Positions 35,590 to 48,744 of a DNA stretch of 64,000 nucleotides are shown piece by piece. Source of the stretch: Vicugna vicugna (Eukaryota); NCBI GenBank assembly GCA_013265495.1, contig MU058384.1, forward strand, positions 993,690 through 1,057,689, written 5' to 3'. The notes beneath the pieces are model-generated. The model saw nothing but the letters and a program-made list of their open reading frames with translations, had not been told where the DNA came from and did no database searches. The translations under genes were made by a program, and so were the position numbers. Each line of letters begins with the position of its first letter. The first letter of the stretch is position 1.

Positions 35590-36344
35590 TAGCACAACAC
35601 TTTAGTTTCAACCTTATTTTCTCTTATGACAGGACATTTTGAGACAGATCCCTAAGTTTATTTTTTTCATCCTTTTTGCTATTTTTCATCCCTCCTCTTT
35701 CCATAAAGTTATTATATATCATTTAATGTGCAATAAAAGTTCACTATTTGTAAGATTCAAATCAGGTCGTGTATCGTATTTAGTCATTTTTAAAAACACT
35801 TTCTTCTCCTTAGATCTGATACATTTTCTCAAGGGACTTTAAGAATTTGAGGGATGAAAAAGTTTGGTTTCATTTTTTGAGGATATAAGTTTGTTAGGGC
35901 TTGTGCCATATAGTCTGACTTGAAAGGATACGATGGTATTATTTTTATGACTTTAAATTTTAGTAACATAAAAGTGACTCATAAAAATTTAGAAAGAATA
36001 AATTTTAAAAGCTCTTACTAAAGAAATGGGCCCTGTCTAAGGATTCTGTATATGACTAAGAACAGCAGGATATACTTTAAAATATATATGCTAAAATGGA
36101 TTAGAACTTATCTCCAGAATGATAAATATATAACTCTGACTCACATTTCATATGTTTTCCTGAATAAAAGAGAATTGGGATGTAATTGTAACAACAAAAG
36201 AAATTTTATCCAAGTCATAAGCCCACTGTATTAGCAACTTAGATTACCAGTGATTAAGATGTTATGGACTTCAATTTTGTTCTCACTTTCATTTTATAGA
36301 ATGGTTACTATAGAAAGTATGTAAATAGAAAATTAGAAAATGGT

Positions 36345-36685
36345 AGATGTGTTTCCCCAAATTTATAGGTAGAAAGATAATTCCCAAGATCTTGGTATCT
36401 GGAGGTAGGCCTTTTGGAGGTGATTGAGTCATGAAGGCAGAGTCCTCAGGAAGGGATTAGTGCCCTTTATAAAAGAGTCCCCCCTCACCCCTTCTGCCAC
36501 TGTATGGACACGGAGAGAAGACAGTTGTGTATGAACCAGGAAGCAGGCGCTCATCAGATACCAGATCTGCCAGAGCCTTGATCTTGGACTTCCCAGCCTT
36601 CAGAACTGTGAGAAATAAATTTCCCTTCTTTATAAGCCACCCAGGCTATGGTACTTTGATACGGTAGCTCAAATGGACGAAAACA
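36345..36685 (+). mobile_element. MLT1A-like MaLR solo LTR
   Basis: GGGATTAGTGCCCTTTATAAAAGAG...CCTTGATCTTGGACTTCCCAGCCTTCAGAACTGTGAGAAATAAATTTC. Confidence 0.9.
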
Positions 36686-39600
36686 CCACCCACTTTACTT
36701 CCTGGAATTCAAAGGCAATGCTATGTTGAATCAGGCCATGTTTTCTCCTGTGCTATTCAATTTGTACATTTAGGTACTTATTCTACACAATTTAGCCAGA
36801 AAAGTAGGCTCCTTACACATGAAATCTGCAAAATTTGTTCAGAATGTACACTGAAGACTTTGTTGCTGTATTTTTACAAGCTAGAAAAAATTCTGACCTG
36901 AAGAATGTGGGTAGATTGGAGGGAGTCAAATGTTCTGGTACAGAAATATGAATTTCTTCATGAGATTCTTAAACTCCAAAAAACAAATCCCACTGCACCT
37001 CAAACATATTGATTATATTGCAGTTGTGAATTAAAAGAAAAATACTATTTTGATTAAAGCAAATGAAGTCACTACCCTGAAGAATTTCTAGTCATAAAAT
37101 AAATTAGTGGCGGTCCCCAGGCTAAAGAACTTTGAAGTTTCTAGATATATGGTCAGATTGAACAGCACTCAGTTAATTTGTATACTGCACTAAAATATTC
37201 GTATGAGGCTTAATACAGGAAAACAAAACTGACAAACAGGTCCACTATACTTTTCCACTCAATGATCAATGTCTAGAATACAAAGAATAATTTATATCAT
37301 AGTAATTGCTTTCCATTTCTGTTCCTTCTCTTTACAAAATATGCAAATATATTCAGTCTTATTTTATGCTATACAGTGACTCTATGACAACCATGGCAGA
37401 ATAGAAAAAGCTATCACCTTAATTCCTCTAGAAGAGCAATGTCTAATAGATACTTAAGAACCATGAGTCTTAAAATGTCTGGTCAGAAGAGCTACTAAAT
37501 AATTTTCCTATAAAATATTCAAATAACGGTTTCTGCAAACATGTGCATGTATAGGGGGAGGTTTGTGAGGGGGTGGTACATGGTAATTTTGACATCTGAG
37601 CTTGCTAGTGTGCTGATTGGACCAATGGATGCAGGTGTTAAATAAAATTTGAACTCATTATGTGTACATTTATAGGAGAACTTCTGGTTCTTTCTTCTAC
37701 CACAAGAAGTTTTGTGCTATTATTAGTTTACAACGTTTCGAGTGATTGCTATCACTCATATTGGAAGTGTGTATGCCCATGTCACAGACTGCAAACTCAG
37801 AACAAGGAATAACCTGGTCCTTCTGGATGGTGTCATCCTTTTTCTCAACTTGATCAACTCCTTCATTTCCTGCCGTATACTAATTCTAATGAAGGCCTCA
37901 CTTTCTTACCTACGACAAGCAAAAACTACTTGATTTTCTGAGATTTAAAAGGTTATATCGGATGGATAAAGTTAAAGTCTCCAAATACATGATTTTTAAA
38001 GAAACAGTTCATTTCCTTGCAGAAACAATCATCTTTTAAGGAGAAAATGTATGACATAGTTGATATCTTTCAGTGTGTCTCAAAAGCCATAGTCAGTGTA
38101 TCTTTTGGAAAAATTAAAATTGATCTGACACATTTGCTAAAATGTCTTTTATTTTCCTACATTTATCCTTAACCAATTCCTATATTTGCTGTAATATACT
38201 ATAAATAACAAGGAATTGTTATGATAATGCAGAAATACTTTTAAACAACATTAAAAGGATTTTAGAAAATCTCATAACTTCACAATGGAGATACTGATTG
38301 TTTGAAAGAAAAACCCACCCATATAAGATCAAAATGGTTTCCTTAGCTCAGATCATTTTACTGTGAAACTAAAAACTTTCCTGAAGCATAGTAGAATCCC
38401 ACATACGTGACTAAGCTCTTTCCTAAAAATAGAAGTGGTTTCAATTAAATTATCAGTGAGGCAGTAAGTCAGAACATTCTTAGAGTTCACGAACATCATA
38501 TGATCTATGTGAAGGAAGACTTTAAAAATAGAAATTTGGCTCAAGAGAGACAAAGTATTCCCAGAGCATTTGTACATCAGCATAATGTTGAGAGAGGAAA
38601 AATGACTTACTCTCCCCCTGACCCCAATTTTTTGTTTGGAGTGTGTGTGCGCAGATGCACACATGTATGCATTTAAGTTTGAGTGTGTGTGATTCTTATC
38701 TTGTAGGTCTTATTTTTGTCTTGTAGGTTTGCACAGATCAGAGATGAACAGTTACTACTGATAAGTTTAATAGAAATATTTTCTGTCATGAGAGCTGCAA
38801 AATTACATTAAAAAGCAATGACCATCTTTTTTATCCAGTTGACTGCAGCAGAACCCCTTGCAAATAACATAACTATCCATGGCTCTTATGATGAAACATT
38901 TGAAAGTATTCGATTTTAAGCATGGTATTTTACTGTAATATCTGCAGGATTGCAGTACATTAACTATTAGGCAAGTCTGCATGACCTTATTTTCAGCTAT
39001 ATTGATGGAATCCATTTTATGTGTAGAAATAGAATGAGATTAATTCATTTTAAAAGTAATGAAATATAATCCAGGGAGGATTTTTGATCATTAGATATTA
39101 TATGACCATTAAAAACAGGAAGAAGATTCTTCTGAATAATGGTAGTAGATATTACATAATTCATAGACAAATCCATTAAATTAAAAAAAACAGTTAACCA
39201 TTTTCACTGTTCAGTTTCCCATGCGTGTTTATTTTCATAATTAATTTGATTCACTCAAGTGCACGTTCAGTGTGACTTGTTGGGAATTAGTGCCACACAT
39301 TTTTGTTTCTGACAGAATAAGTCCTGGGAAATAACATTGTAACTATATCAAAACTTCATTCAGGAAGGAATGTCTTGGGAAGAATTTTGTTTTCTGGGAG
39401 GAATAGAATGCTGAGAACACTGCAAATTTTCCTGTGATTTTAGAGGAAAATGAAAATATGTTGCAGCAAAACCATTACTACTGCATTTGGACACAAAACA
39501 TGCTCAACAAGCATCTCCATGTCAGGTAGTCAAGAGGACTGCCTAGAGATTCCCTCTGAGATGACTTTTAGAGTCAGTACTGTTAGAGGGGCATTTATTT

Positions 39601-39985
39601 TCAACACTTCCCATGCACATTTATCAGCAAAGGAACATATTAAGCTTCCATAATTTACTTGTAAAACCCCTAAAATAGAATTGGCAGAGACTGAATTTCT
39701 AAATGAGAAATGACAGTTCTGAAAGACTGGATTTTAATTTAACTATATTAGAAAGTATCTCCTTAATTTTCACTCTCCTTGGTTATAACATATGCCACTT
39801 CCAAAGAAAGGCTTTTACAAGGCTGTTGCTTTAGAAAATTGTATGAAGCTCCTAAAAACCATAGGTAGCTTCTACACATTGAAATTAACACCTTGTATAG
39901 ATAGCAAATCAAGATTTTTCATTGTTTGATTTTAGACATTAGCAACTAGTGGAGGCAGCTAAGGTCTCCATATATTATCCTCATA

Positions 39986-40093
39986 CACCTCTGTGAAATT
40001 AATATAAAGGATACTTCTATGAGGTTATTATTACATATTAATTACAAATCATCACTTTGAGATTATATGAGGGCACCTCTATGAGATTAATAT
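39986..40093. repeat. Four degenerate copies of a ~20-bp unit (CACCTCTATGAGATTAATAT)
   Basis: Copies start at 39986, 40012, 40053 and 40074. Confidence 0.6.
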
Positions 40094-40394
40094 TAAACTA
40101 GGTGTTTTCACTTCCTGTACCTAGGCATATTCTATCTTTGCAGCATTCTTCCTAGTAACTTTGGACTGTACTTTGCTGGAATTAATAAAACTTACACTAA
40201 ATTAAGCCTCTACTTCTTTAGTATGATGCCACTTCCTTCGAGATTTATGGTATTTTGAGTGTTTAAAGGAGACCACAATTTACTGCTTTATACTTCAGTG
40301 TGTTAATAAATCTCACTGAAAATCTCTTAGAAACTGATTTTGTTAACTCTCTCATGACTTAAATATTTAAAAAGAGTAAGCTCATCATAAATGC

Positions 40395-41055
40395 TGTCAG
40401 TAGGATGTTTTTGTATAATAATTTGTCTGGCTTTTGTTTCTGGTTCTTGGGAGGGACTTCGAAAAACCTTGGCATTTCCAGAGTGATAGAAGTGTTTTTG
40501 TTATTCGTGAGCCCCTTAGATCACAACTGAGTTTATGCCAAAAAGGTTTCAGAATGGGGCAGTCACCAGAAAGACCAATCGTGTAATTAGAAGGTTAAGA
40601 TTTTGAGCCAGCCCAAATTCCAGGGAGGGGAGAGGGCTTGTAGACCTAATTCTATCATGCAGTCAGCGATTTAATCAATCCTGTCTGTGCAATGAAATCC
40701 CAGTTATCACTCGACAGTAAAGCTCAGAGGAGCTTCCTGGTTGATAAGCACACTGTCACACACTTTCTGTATCTCCTCATTTGGCTGTTCATGATTTGTA
40801 CCCTTATAATAGGAATGTAGTCATGAGTATTGCACCTTCCAGAGTTCTGAGAATCATACTAGCAAATTATCAAATCTGAAGGGGCTCTAGGGAACCCCTA
40901 GTCTGTTGTTCAGAGCATGGGTGGGGTCCCCACTTGTGTCTGGCATCTAAAGTGAGGGCAGTCTTGTTGGGTGCCACGCCCTTTAACTTGTGTTGTCCAC
41001 GTTACCTCCTAATGGTTAGTGCCAAAACTGAACTGCAATATACCAGGTGATGCTG
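40395..41055 (+). mobile_element. MER21C-like solo LTR
   Basis: AAACCTTGGCATTTCCAGAGTGATAG..GTG..TTTGTTATTC...GTCACCAGAAAGACCAA...CAGGGAGGGGAGAGGG...TGGCATCTAAAGTGAGGGCAGTCTTG. Confidence 0.8.
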
Positions 41056-41299
41056 AAATCATTGTAATACATAGGGACTGTTAAATAAACTGCAAAATTC
41101 TAGTGAGGCAGGGTTTACTTTATCCTACAGAAATATATTTTAATTGCACTGAAAGTTGAAATCGTAGTGAAAGATAGTAAATAATAACTGAAGAAGTATT
41201 TTTTAAATACTAAAGGAGCTCTTTTCAAGGAAGCATTCAGATGAGAATCTATGAAAATATTTAGATTTCTCTCCTAGTGATGCAAAAGATATTCAGAGG

Positions 41300-42710
41300 T
41301 AGACTTTTTATCAAGATGTTGAAACAATTGGCAAATCATATGCAAATAAATTAACCATCTCTATTCTTCATAGCAATGCAAAAATTAACTCAAAATTGAC
41401 CTTGGATCTAAATGTAAAATCTAAAACTATACAATTTGTAGAAGAAAACAAAGGAGAATACTTTTGTGATCATGAGTTAGGCAACATCGAGATATAACTC
41501 CAAAGGTATGGTCTACATAAGAACAAATTGGTAAGCTGATTTTTGTGAAAATTAAGAAATTCTGTTCTTTGAAAGATATTGGTAAACAGGAGAATTAACA
41601 GACAAGCCAAAGATGCCAAGAACATTTACATTATAGGTAAAGGTCCTATATTCAGACTCTAAAAAAAAAAATCCTCAAACTCAATGATAAAAAACAAACA
41701 ACCCAATTAAAAATGGGCAAAAATCTAAACAGACGTTTCACCAATGAAAATAGGTATATAAAATGACAAATATGCACATGAAAAGTACTCATTATCTTTA
41801 TTTCATTAGAGTAAATCAAGTTAAAACCGTAATTTAGATACCACCACACAACTATTAAAATGGCTAAAAAAATCAAAGGAACTGTCAATTAATAAATGCC
41901 AAATAGAATAAGGGACAACTGGAAATCTCACATTGCTGGTGGGAATGCAAAATGGTAGCCACTTTGAAAAATATATTGGCTGTCTCTTACGAAAATAAAC
42001 AAATGCTTACCACACAACTAAAAAAATCTGAAACTTAGGCATTGCCCAAATGAAATTAAATATCATATACTCAAAACTCTGTGTGCAAATGCTTCTAGTG
42101 GCTTTATTTGTAATCATCAAAGCTGAAAACAACCCAAATATTCTTCAACTGGCAAGTAAATAAACTTCGGTATATCCAAACAATGGAACTGAAAATCTCA
42201 ATGAACAACAGAAAAACAATGAACACGTGATTTCTACACCACCAACACAGATGAATTTCAAATGCATCATTCTAAGTGAAGGAAGCCTATCTCTGAAAGA
42301 TACATAGATATTCTATGATTTCTTTTATTGTTTTGTCTTTTTTTTAAATTTAGGGCTATTTTTTGAGAGCAGTGTTAGGTTTACAGCAAAACTGAGAGGA
42401 AGGTACAGAGGTTTCCTATATGCCTCCTGCCCCAACACATGTATCGCCTCCCCCACTATTTACATCCCCCAACACCATGAATCTATGTTGACGCATCAGA
42501 ATCGCCCAAAATCCATAGTTTACATTAGAGTTCACTCTTGGTGCTGTACATTCTATTGCTTTTGAAAAATACATAATTACATGTATCACTGTGGTATCAT
42601 ACACAGTATTTAGTGTTTTCAATTCCTGAAAATTATCTGTTCTCTGCCTATTTATCCCTCCACCTTCCCTATGATTCCTTTTTTATATGATATTCTGGAA
42701 AAGACAAATG
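41300..42710 (+). mobile_element. Old L1 ORF2 3' portion, interrupted near its end by an opposite-strand L1
   Basis: AACCCAATTAAAAATGGGCAAAA (NPIKKWAK-like) and CATTGCTGGTGGGAATGCAAAATGG. Confidence 0.85.
42327..42668 (-). mobile_element. L1MC-type 3'UTR inserted into the previous L1
   Basis: GAGCAGTGTTAGGTTTACAGCAAAA...CCATAGTTTACATTAGAGTTCACTCTTGGTG. TSD ctatgatttctttt (42313-42326) / ctatgattcctttt (42669-42682). Confidence 0.85.
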
Positions 42711-43919
42711 GAAATTTATATATATTAACTAGCATTTTGGAGACATGATTTTATAAGGTAAAATAAAAATTATAATAATAAAAATAAATAATACTAGCAA
42801 TAATAATCATATCACCAACCTTAGATTTATGTAATATATGATATTAAGAGTCATTTTATTTTTGTTATCCTATTTGCTACTCACATCTCTAGAAATCTGT
42901 GTGCATATCTGAATCATTTGTGCTTTAACAGAATTCTTCTGTAAGTCAACAAGTTGCCTCCACTGCTTTATTTTCATTTTATATCCCTGCAATCTATCCC
43001 CTATTAGAATGTCATGTCATCAACAATGATTGATGGTACCACTAGCTGTAAGGATGGAACTAATTGATATTATCAATATGTCCTATTCTCCCACTGTGCA
43101 ACAACTAAGGGAAATGTACCTAAGTATTAAGAACAAGTTATCTTTGCACTTTGACTAAACCAGAGAAAGTCACACACACCACGCACCAAATCTAGTAATG
43201 CTGTCCTAAGCAAGTATAAAAACTTGAGAAATAATGTTGTAACTGAAAGCTAGGTGAAAACTAAAGAGCCATGTTTTTTTAAAGTTCATACATATGAGCT
43301 AACCTCTGAGTCACCTATTCCCTGAAGCCATGTGCATTGTAATATATTTTCACAATGTCAGCTTTTCAATATCATATGGGTTATTAGAATATGAGTCTGC
43401 AGCAACCCAAATGTTTGAGAGTATACTAAAGAAAATCATTTAAAGAGGGAGTGAAGAGAGGTTTTTTATCATCCATAGTTATAACCAGTCCTCTTTTCAA
43501 CTAATCTTAGCTATCTGGGTTGTAATATATTAACCTTAGCTCTGATTTTCTGATATTTTTAACTTGTCTATACTTTGGTAATATAGGTGTCACACACAAA
43601 AAAATTTGAGATAGAATATATATGCATATGTCTTGCATTTCTTCAAATAAATTTCACAAATGGATTTCCAGCAAAAGCTAGAAAAGTGCATGAATATTTA
43701 CATATACATAAATACAAATAACACCGGTACATTGATGTCTCATGTGTTCGCATCTATTTTTCCCAAAAGCATCTATGAGATTTCCATAATGATGTTGTTT
43801 TAAGGATAATAGGAAGCAAACACTTTCTAGCAACAGAATTAAATCACCAAACATGATGATACCTGAACATAGCTTTTGACAACACAGCATTGTTACAGGG
43901 AACTGTTCCAACATCTGCA

Positions 43920-44260
43920 GCTCTAAAGTTAATCATGACTCCAGCAAGAGCATCCTCCTAATATGCCGCACGAGAGAGACACTAATTAATCATTAAACGG
44001 CCTTACATCACACAGGTCTGCCGCTTCTGTTCTGCATCAACTGGGGTGGTGCAGAGCGGCAGTGGCAGCAGCAGTTCCTAACATTGAACATGATGGGGGA
44101 AGCATGGATTACCGAAATTCTGCGACGACTGCCGTTTGGAACTGGTCTTTAAGTTGTTTAATAAATGAGCACCCATCCTTGCTTAATTGATGGATGGGCT
44201 GTGTTGGCCACTTGCCAGAAGTGTTTTCTAATTTGCATTAGCGGGAGGTAAACTGTCCTT
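43920..44260. promoter_or_regulatory. Candidate conserved non-coding element / enhancer
   Basis: Repeat-free, with 10 CpGs in ~280 bp against a CpG-poor background. Contains TAATTAATCATTAA (43983-43996) and octamer ATTTGCAT (44231-44238). Conservation itself was not tested. Confidence 0.5.
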
Positions 44261-44629
44261 GATTGTGGAGGTGTGAGCTTTGGAGACTCATCTTTGAGTC
44301 ATGATGGAATAGGATATGCTAAGATCAGTACTTCACAGCAGCTTCACCTTACAATAAAAGGCATAATCCAGTATCAGAGGGGTCATCTTCAGTTATGCCA
44401 CAAACATCTACACTCAGGGATACTTTGCTAGGTGAATCAGAATATCATGATGTAATATACTCACCTAAAATATTGTTACTCACTCCTTTTATGTGCCTAT
44501 TATCAGACATTTGGAAAATACAAAAGAGATCACAGATGAAAATAAAAATTTTCAATAGCTACCAGTCAAAGAAACACAGTGTTAAAATCTTGGTATATGT
44601 ATTTTTAGTGTTTTTTTTCCATCTTCAGA

Positions 44630-44846
44630 AATATCTAAGCTTTGCTGAGGGTTTGTAGAGTGCCAGCCACACTTCTAAGCACTTAATTTGTATTATCTTA
44701 CTTAGATCTCACAACAACCCTGTAAAACAGGTATTATTATTGCTGCTGTTGTTATTATTTTGCATATGGGTGAATTAGGGCACAGAGAAACTTGGTAACT
44801 TCCCAAGGACACAAGATTATCATACCGCAGAACTTGGATTTGAAGT
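44630..44846 (-). mobile_element. MIR SINE
   Basis: CTCACAACAACCCTGTAAAACAGGTATTATT...GGCACAGAGA...GTAACTTCCCAAGGACACA. Confidence 0.8.
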
Positions 44847-45441
44847 CTCACGGGAATATTTTGGTAAAGGTCCTCTCATACAAATACATGTCTTTGTGTA
44901 ACTGACGTAACTCTCTCAGCAGTGCTGAGGCCAACATGACAATAAATCTAAACTTTACCAGAGTTCTTCTATCCAAATATTCCCAGGATTCCTGTAACTC
45001 CTTTAAGCGGTCCGTTGAATCAGTCCTCCTTGACAGTTGCTGCTTTTGCTTGTTGGGAGAGAGCAAGAACTTGGGACTGTTTTTTTGTCACTGCTGATGG
45101 CTGGACAACTCTATACTTTTAATTTCTTCCAGTAATACCCTTGGTTACTCTTTAAGTAGACCCATAGATTTGCCCTTGGATATTCTGGGATCAGCCATAA
45201 CACTCCAGTTACTGAAGTAATTGCTAAGAAGCCTGAGGAAATCAGAGTCATTTGATAGCTTTGTATAAAACCCTCTTCCATGAGCCACATGTGATGCAGT
45301 GGTCCCTCGGAAAGTGAGAGAAGATAACATTTCTTCAGGGTAAAGCTCACTCACTTGTGCTCCTTGCCAAAGTGGTCATGGTCTCTAATATTATACTTCT
45401 CAGTGACATGTGAGTTCAGATTCAACAGAGATAGTCAAAAG

Positions 45442-45651
45442 CAGGAATCGGCAAATGACAGACCATATGCCAATAGTCTGCCATCTATTTTTACATTGCT
45501 TACTATCTAAGAATGTTTTTTTACATTTTCAAAGATTTGTTAAATACTTTTAAAAACAAATGAAGAAAAATATGTGACAGAGACCATATACAACCATCAA
45601 ATTCTCAATATTTACTGTAGGTCCTTGTGCAGAAAACATTTGCTGACCCTG
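45442..45651. mobile_element. MER58-like hAT-Charlie MITE
   Basis: TIRs CAGGAATCGGCAAA / TTTGCTGACCCTG and an 8-bp TSD gtcaaaag (45434-45441) / gtctaaag (45652-45659). Confidence 0.85.
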
Positions 45652-46229
45652 GTCTAAAGGAATCTCAATCAGGAGAGGATTTACCATCAGTCACAAATTG
45701 TACCCAAAACCAGGATCCTTCTACAGATGTCTCAGTTCCAGTATTGTCCCTTAGTCACCAGTCCCACCTTCCTTTCCTTTAAGATTGGGTTGCATTTTGA
45801 CACCATCACTGTCTTTTCCAGAAGTTCCTCAATCTGGGTTGCCTCTGTCTATCAGACATCTTATAATACCTTTAAATATCAAAATGAAGGAGGTCAAGGC
45901 CCTGCCCTGCCCCTTCTCTGAAAAGATCCAAGCCTTAAGAAAATAATAATGCAAATGAATGCACGGGGTTACTAATTTTATCCATTCAATGGGGCCTAAT
46001 TCAGGTGTCATTTTGCCAATGAAGTCTCCCAGGCAGCTTTTTAGGATATTGTGAGCATTTCTTAATAGTGTTCCTTGTGGCCTCCATGTTGCCCGAATCA
46101 CTCATATTATTTTCTTTCTGTGTTTGTATTCTCCTTTTAGCATATTGCTAGAGGCAGTCTTCTGAGGCAACCACAGCTCTTGCTATACAGGTGATAAGCT
46201 TCGTCAACACAGGATTACTTGCAAGTGAA

Positions 46230-46660
46230 ATCTGATAAAAATCCTATATCTAGAATACATAAAGAACTCACAAAACTCAACAACAAAAAGTCCAATTAAA
46301 AGTGGGCAAAGGTTTGAACAGACATTTCATTAAAAAAGATATATGGATGTCAAAGAAGTACATGAAAATAAGCTCGATATTGTCTGTCATTAAGGAGATG
46401 CATAGTAAAACCATACTGAGATACCACTATCCCCTATTAGAGTCGTTAAAATTAAAAAGACTGAGGAACAACAAAGTGTTGGCATGAATTTAAACCATGT
46501 AGAACTTCCATACATTGTTTTGGAGAATGTTTAAAAGAGTATAGTCACTTCGGAAAACAGTTTGGGAGTTTCTTAAAAAGTTAAACACCTATCAACAATG
46601 GATCTCAGTCTTTCCATCACTGTGCACTGACATAAGAGAAATAAAAGCATACGTCAATTC
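46230..46660 (+). mobile_element. Old L1 ORF2 C-terminal fragment
   Basis: ORF 46302-46487 reads LNRHFIKKDIWMSKKYMK...LRYHY. Confidence 0.85.
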
Positions 46661-46819
46661 CTGGCTCCTCTCTACCTCTGAACACTCTCGTGAACCAGTA
46701 AGGAAGCCCCTACTCCTTCCTAGCATGGTAGGGACTGAATCTTCTCTTTCTTCTAAGCTGAAGTATTTGTCTGAATTAGCTCATCTATCAATAAAGGAAG
46801 ATTAACTTATTCTAGTATC

Positions 46820-47045
46820 TTCTTTAAATTTTTATTGAAGCATAACGTATATAGACATAAGTGCATAAATTGTATACAGCCCGATTAATTTTCAAAAGTG
46901 AATAGACCTGCATAACCAGATCAAGAAATAAACTGTATCCTGCACCTGAAAAATTCTCCTCATGTTCCCTGTGTCCCTACCCACCAAGGTAATCACTGTC
47001 CTATCTTTAAAAACCACAGATTAATTTTGCCTGTTTTTGAAATTT
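46820..47045 (-). mobile_element. L1ME-type 3'UTR fragment
   Basis: TTTTTATTGAAGCATAAC...AAGTGCATAAAT...CCAGATCAAGAAATA...GATTAATTTTGCCTGTTTTTGAA. Confidence 0.75.
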
Positions 47046-47099
47046 TTAGCTCAGGGCAAAATATGATTAAGAGAAAGCCTGACACTCTCAAGGAAACTC

Positions 47100-48167
47100 T
47101 CTTTACATCAAGAGAGACAGACACAAAGGCTGGAAGGCAGGAGAATAGAGCTGACCTGAGAATTATGCCCAGGAAAGTAGGGTAGGGCTGTTAGCCAGCG
47201 CTAGGAATGGACTAGGATCATAAAAATAAGAAACTTGTATTTGAGAGAATTGACCTGCCAAACAAATCACTGGTCTGAGCTAAAAAGTCCTGCAACTGCT
47301 CAGAACTTAACCTTCATATAACAGGCAGTGAGTTGAGAAGGCTGCTCAGCAACCAATTAGCTGGTTTTCCCCACTGCTCATCTTAGATGGAGCGAAGGAA
47401 ACAAAAAATCATCCCCACAGTAGAACCAGGGACTGTTAAGAAGAATGGGTAAGACAGGAAAATTAGGTCCTTTTTAAGGAACATTTCTCACCCTCAGAGT
47501 AAGGAGTCCTCATAATATCTGTTCAGTGGGACTTTGGAAACACTATGTGCCAGTGACTACTTTGTGGTACTCATTCTTCCTCTTTCCACATAATGACGTC
47601 TATTGTGAGTCTTGTCCCTGTATTACCACTTTGTAGCATCCTGAGTACTCTAATGGGAGTTCATGGATCTAGAGTAGAAAACAATGCATAGCCTAACACC
47701 CAGAGATCTGGACTTTGAGCTCAGGCTGTTGACTGGGTTGACTTTGGATTGACGGGGCTGGTTTCGAGAGGGCTGAGTGTGTTATATGTGTAGGAAGAAA
47801 GGAGCAGTGGAATATTTGGTGACCAGAAGAGAGTACTGTGTCAGACATAGTGGTTCTTACCAAATATGCATCTGGCATCTCAGTTTCCTTAATCCCTTTC
47901 AAGGACCCATAAACGTAGGTCTGGTTATTGGCAGGTAGGTAGGGGTGACCTATGTTACTATTAAGCCAAAGCACAGAGGAGCTTGATGTCTTCTCTCTTG
48001 CCGAGATAACCCAATAAATTGTTTCACATGGTGTAGTTACATAATGATGGAATCTTTGTCAACCTGGGTCCCTGAGGAACTAAAATGCAACTTTTAATTT
48101 TGTTAAGACACTAGGATTTGGGAGTTAGGTGTCACCACAGTACTATTAGCCTATTATTTCTAACACA
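47100..48167 (+). mobile_element. MaLR internal 3' region with polypurine tract followed by an MLT1 3' LTR (LTR from ~47837)
   Basis: GGACTTTGAGC...GGCTGAGTGTGTTATATGTGTAGGAAG...TTTGGTGACCAGAAGAGAGTAC|TGTG. LTR end TTGTTAAGACACTAGGATTTGGGAGTT...TTAGCCTA. Confidence 0.6.
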
Positions 48168-48744
48168 AATGCAGCACAGAATGTTTCTCACACACTTAGA
48201 ACACTGCCTAGCAGTTTTTCAGAACTTCCCAAGAAAGCATTTTTCCAAAATGTTTATAACCCAATTCTCTCCTTGGCCCTAGAGGTGCCGGGGATGAGGA
48301 TGAAGGTGAGTGTGGATTTATTACAGGTATCTTTTGAAGGAAAAGGGGATGAAAACCACTCTTATTCCTAAAGTTTACACATCCCGAGAAAGTGGCCAAC
48401 ATAACATGATATAAATCAGAAGGAGGGATAAAATACACTCATTTTGAGGTAGCCAGAACTCCCCCATTTAAGGGTCTGCAGAGAACCACTGAGTTAAATT
48501 ACAGAAAGTGTCCCGAGATCACCTGGTTTGTCTTCCAGTGCTGTATGATACAATGCTTCAAGTTTTCTTTTCCAAATGGTCATTATTCTTACTGGTTCTA
48601 ATGATTTTCAAAGTTGATACCATCGTAAAGAATCAGAATTAGTTTTTTTTTTTCCCTTTCAAACATTTATTTTATTTTCACTTATTTTCTTATTTATTGT
48701 TGTGACCTCATTAGAATGTAAGCCTCATTGTGCTCACACTGAGA

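Noticed and set aside
39986..40093. CRISPR-like repeat-spacer array (also 20928-21016)
   Set aside because: The units are degenerate, the spacers are short and irregular, there are no cas genes, and the context is mammalian.
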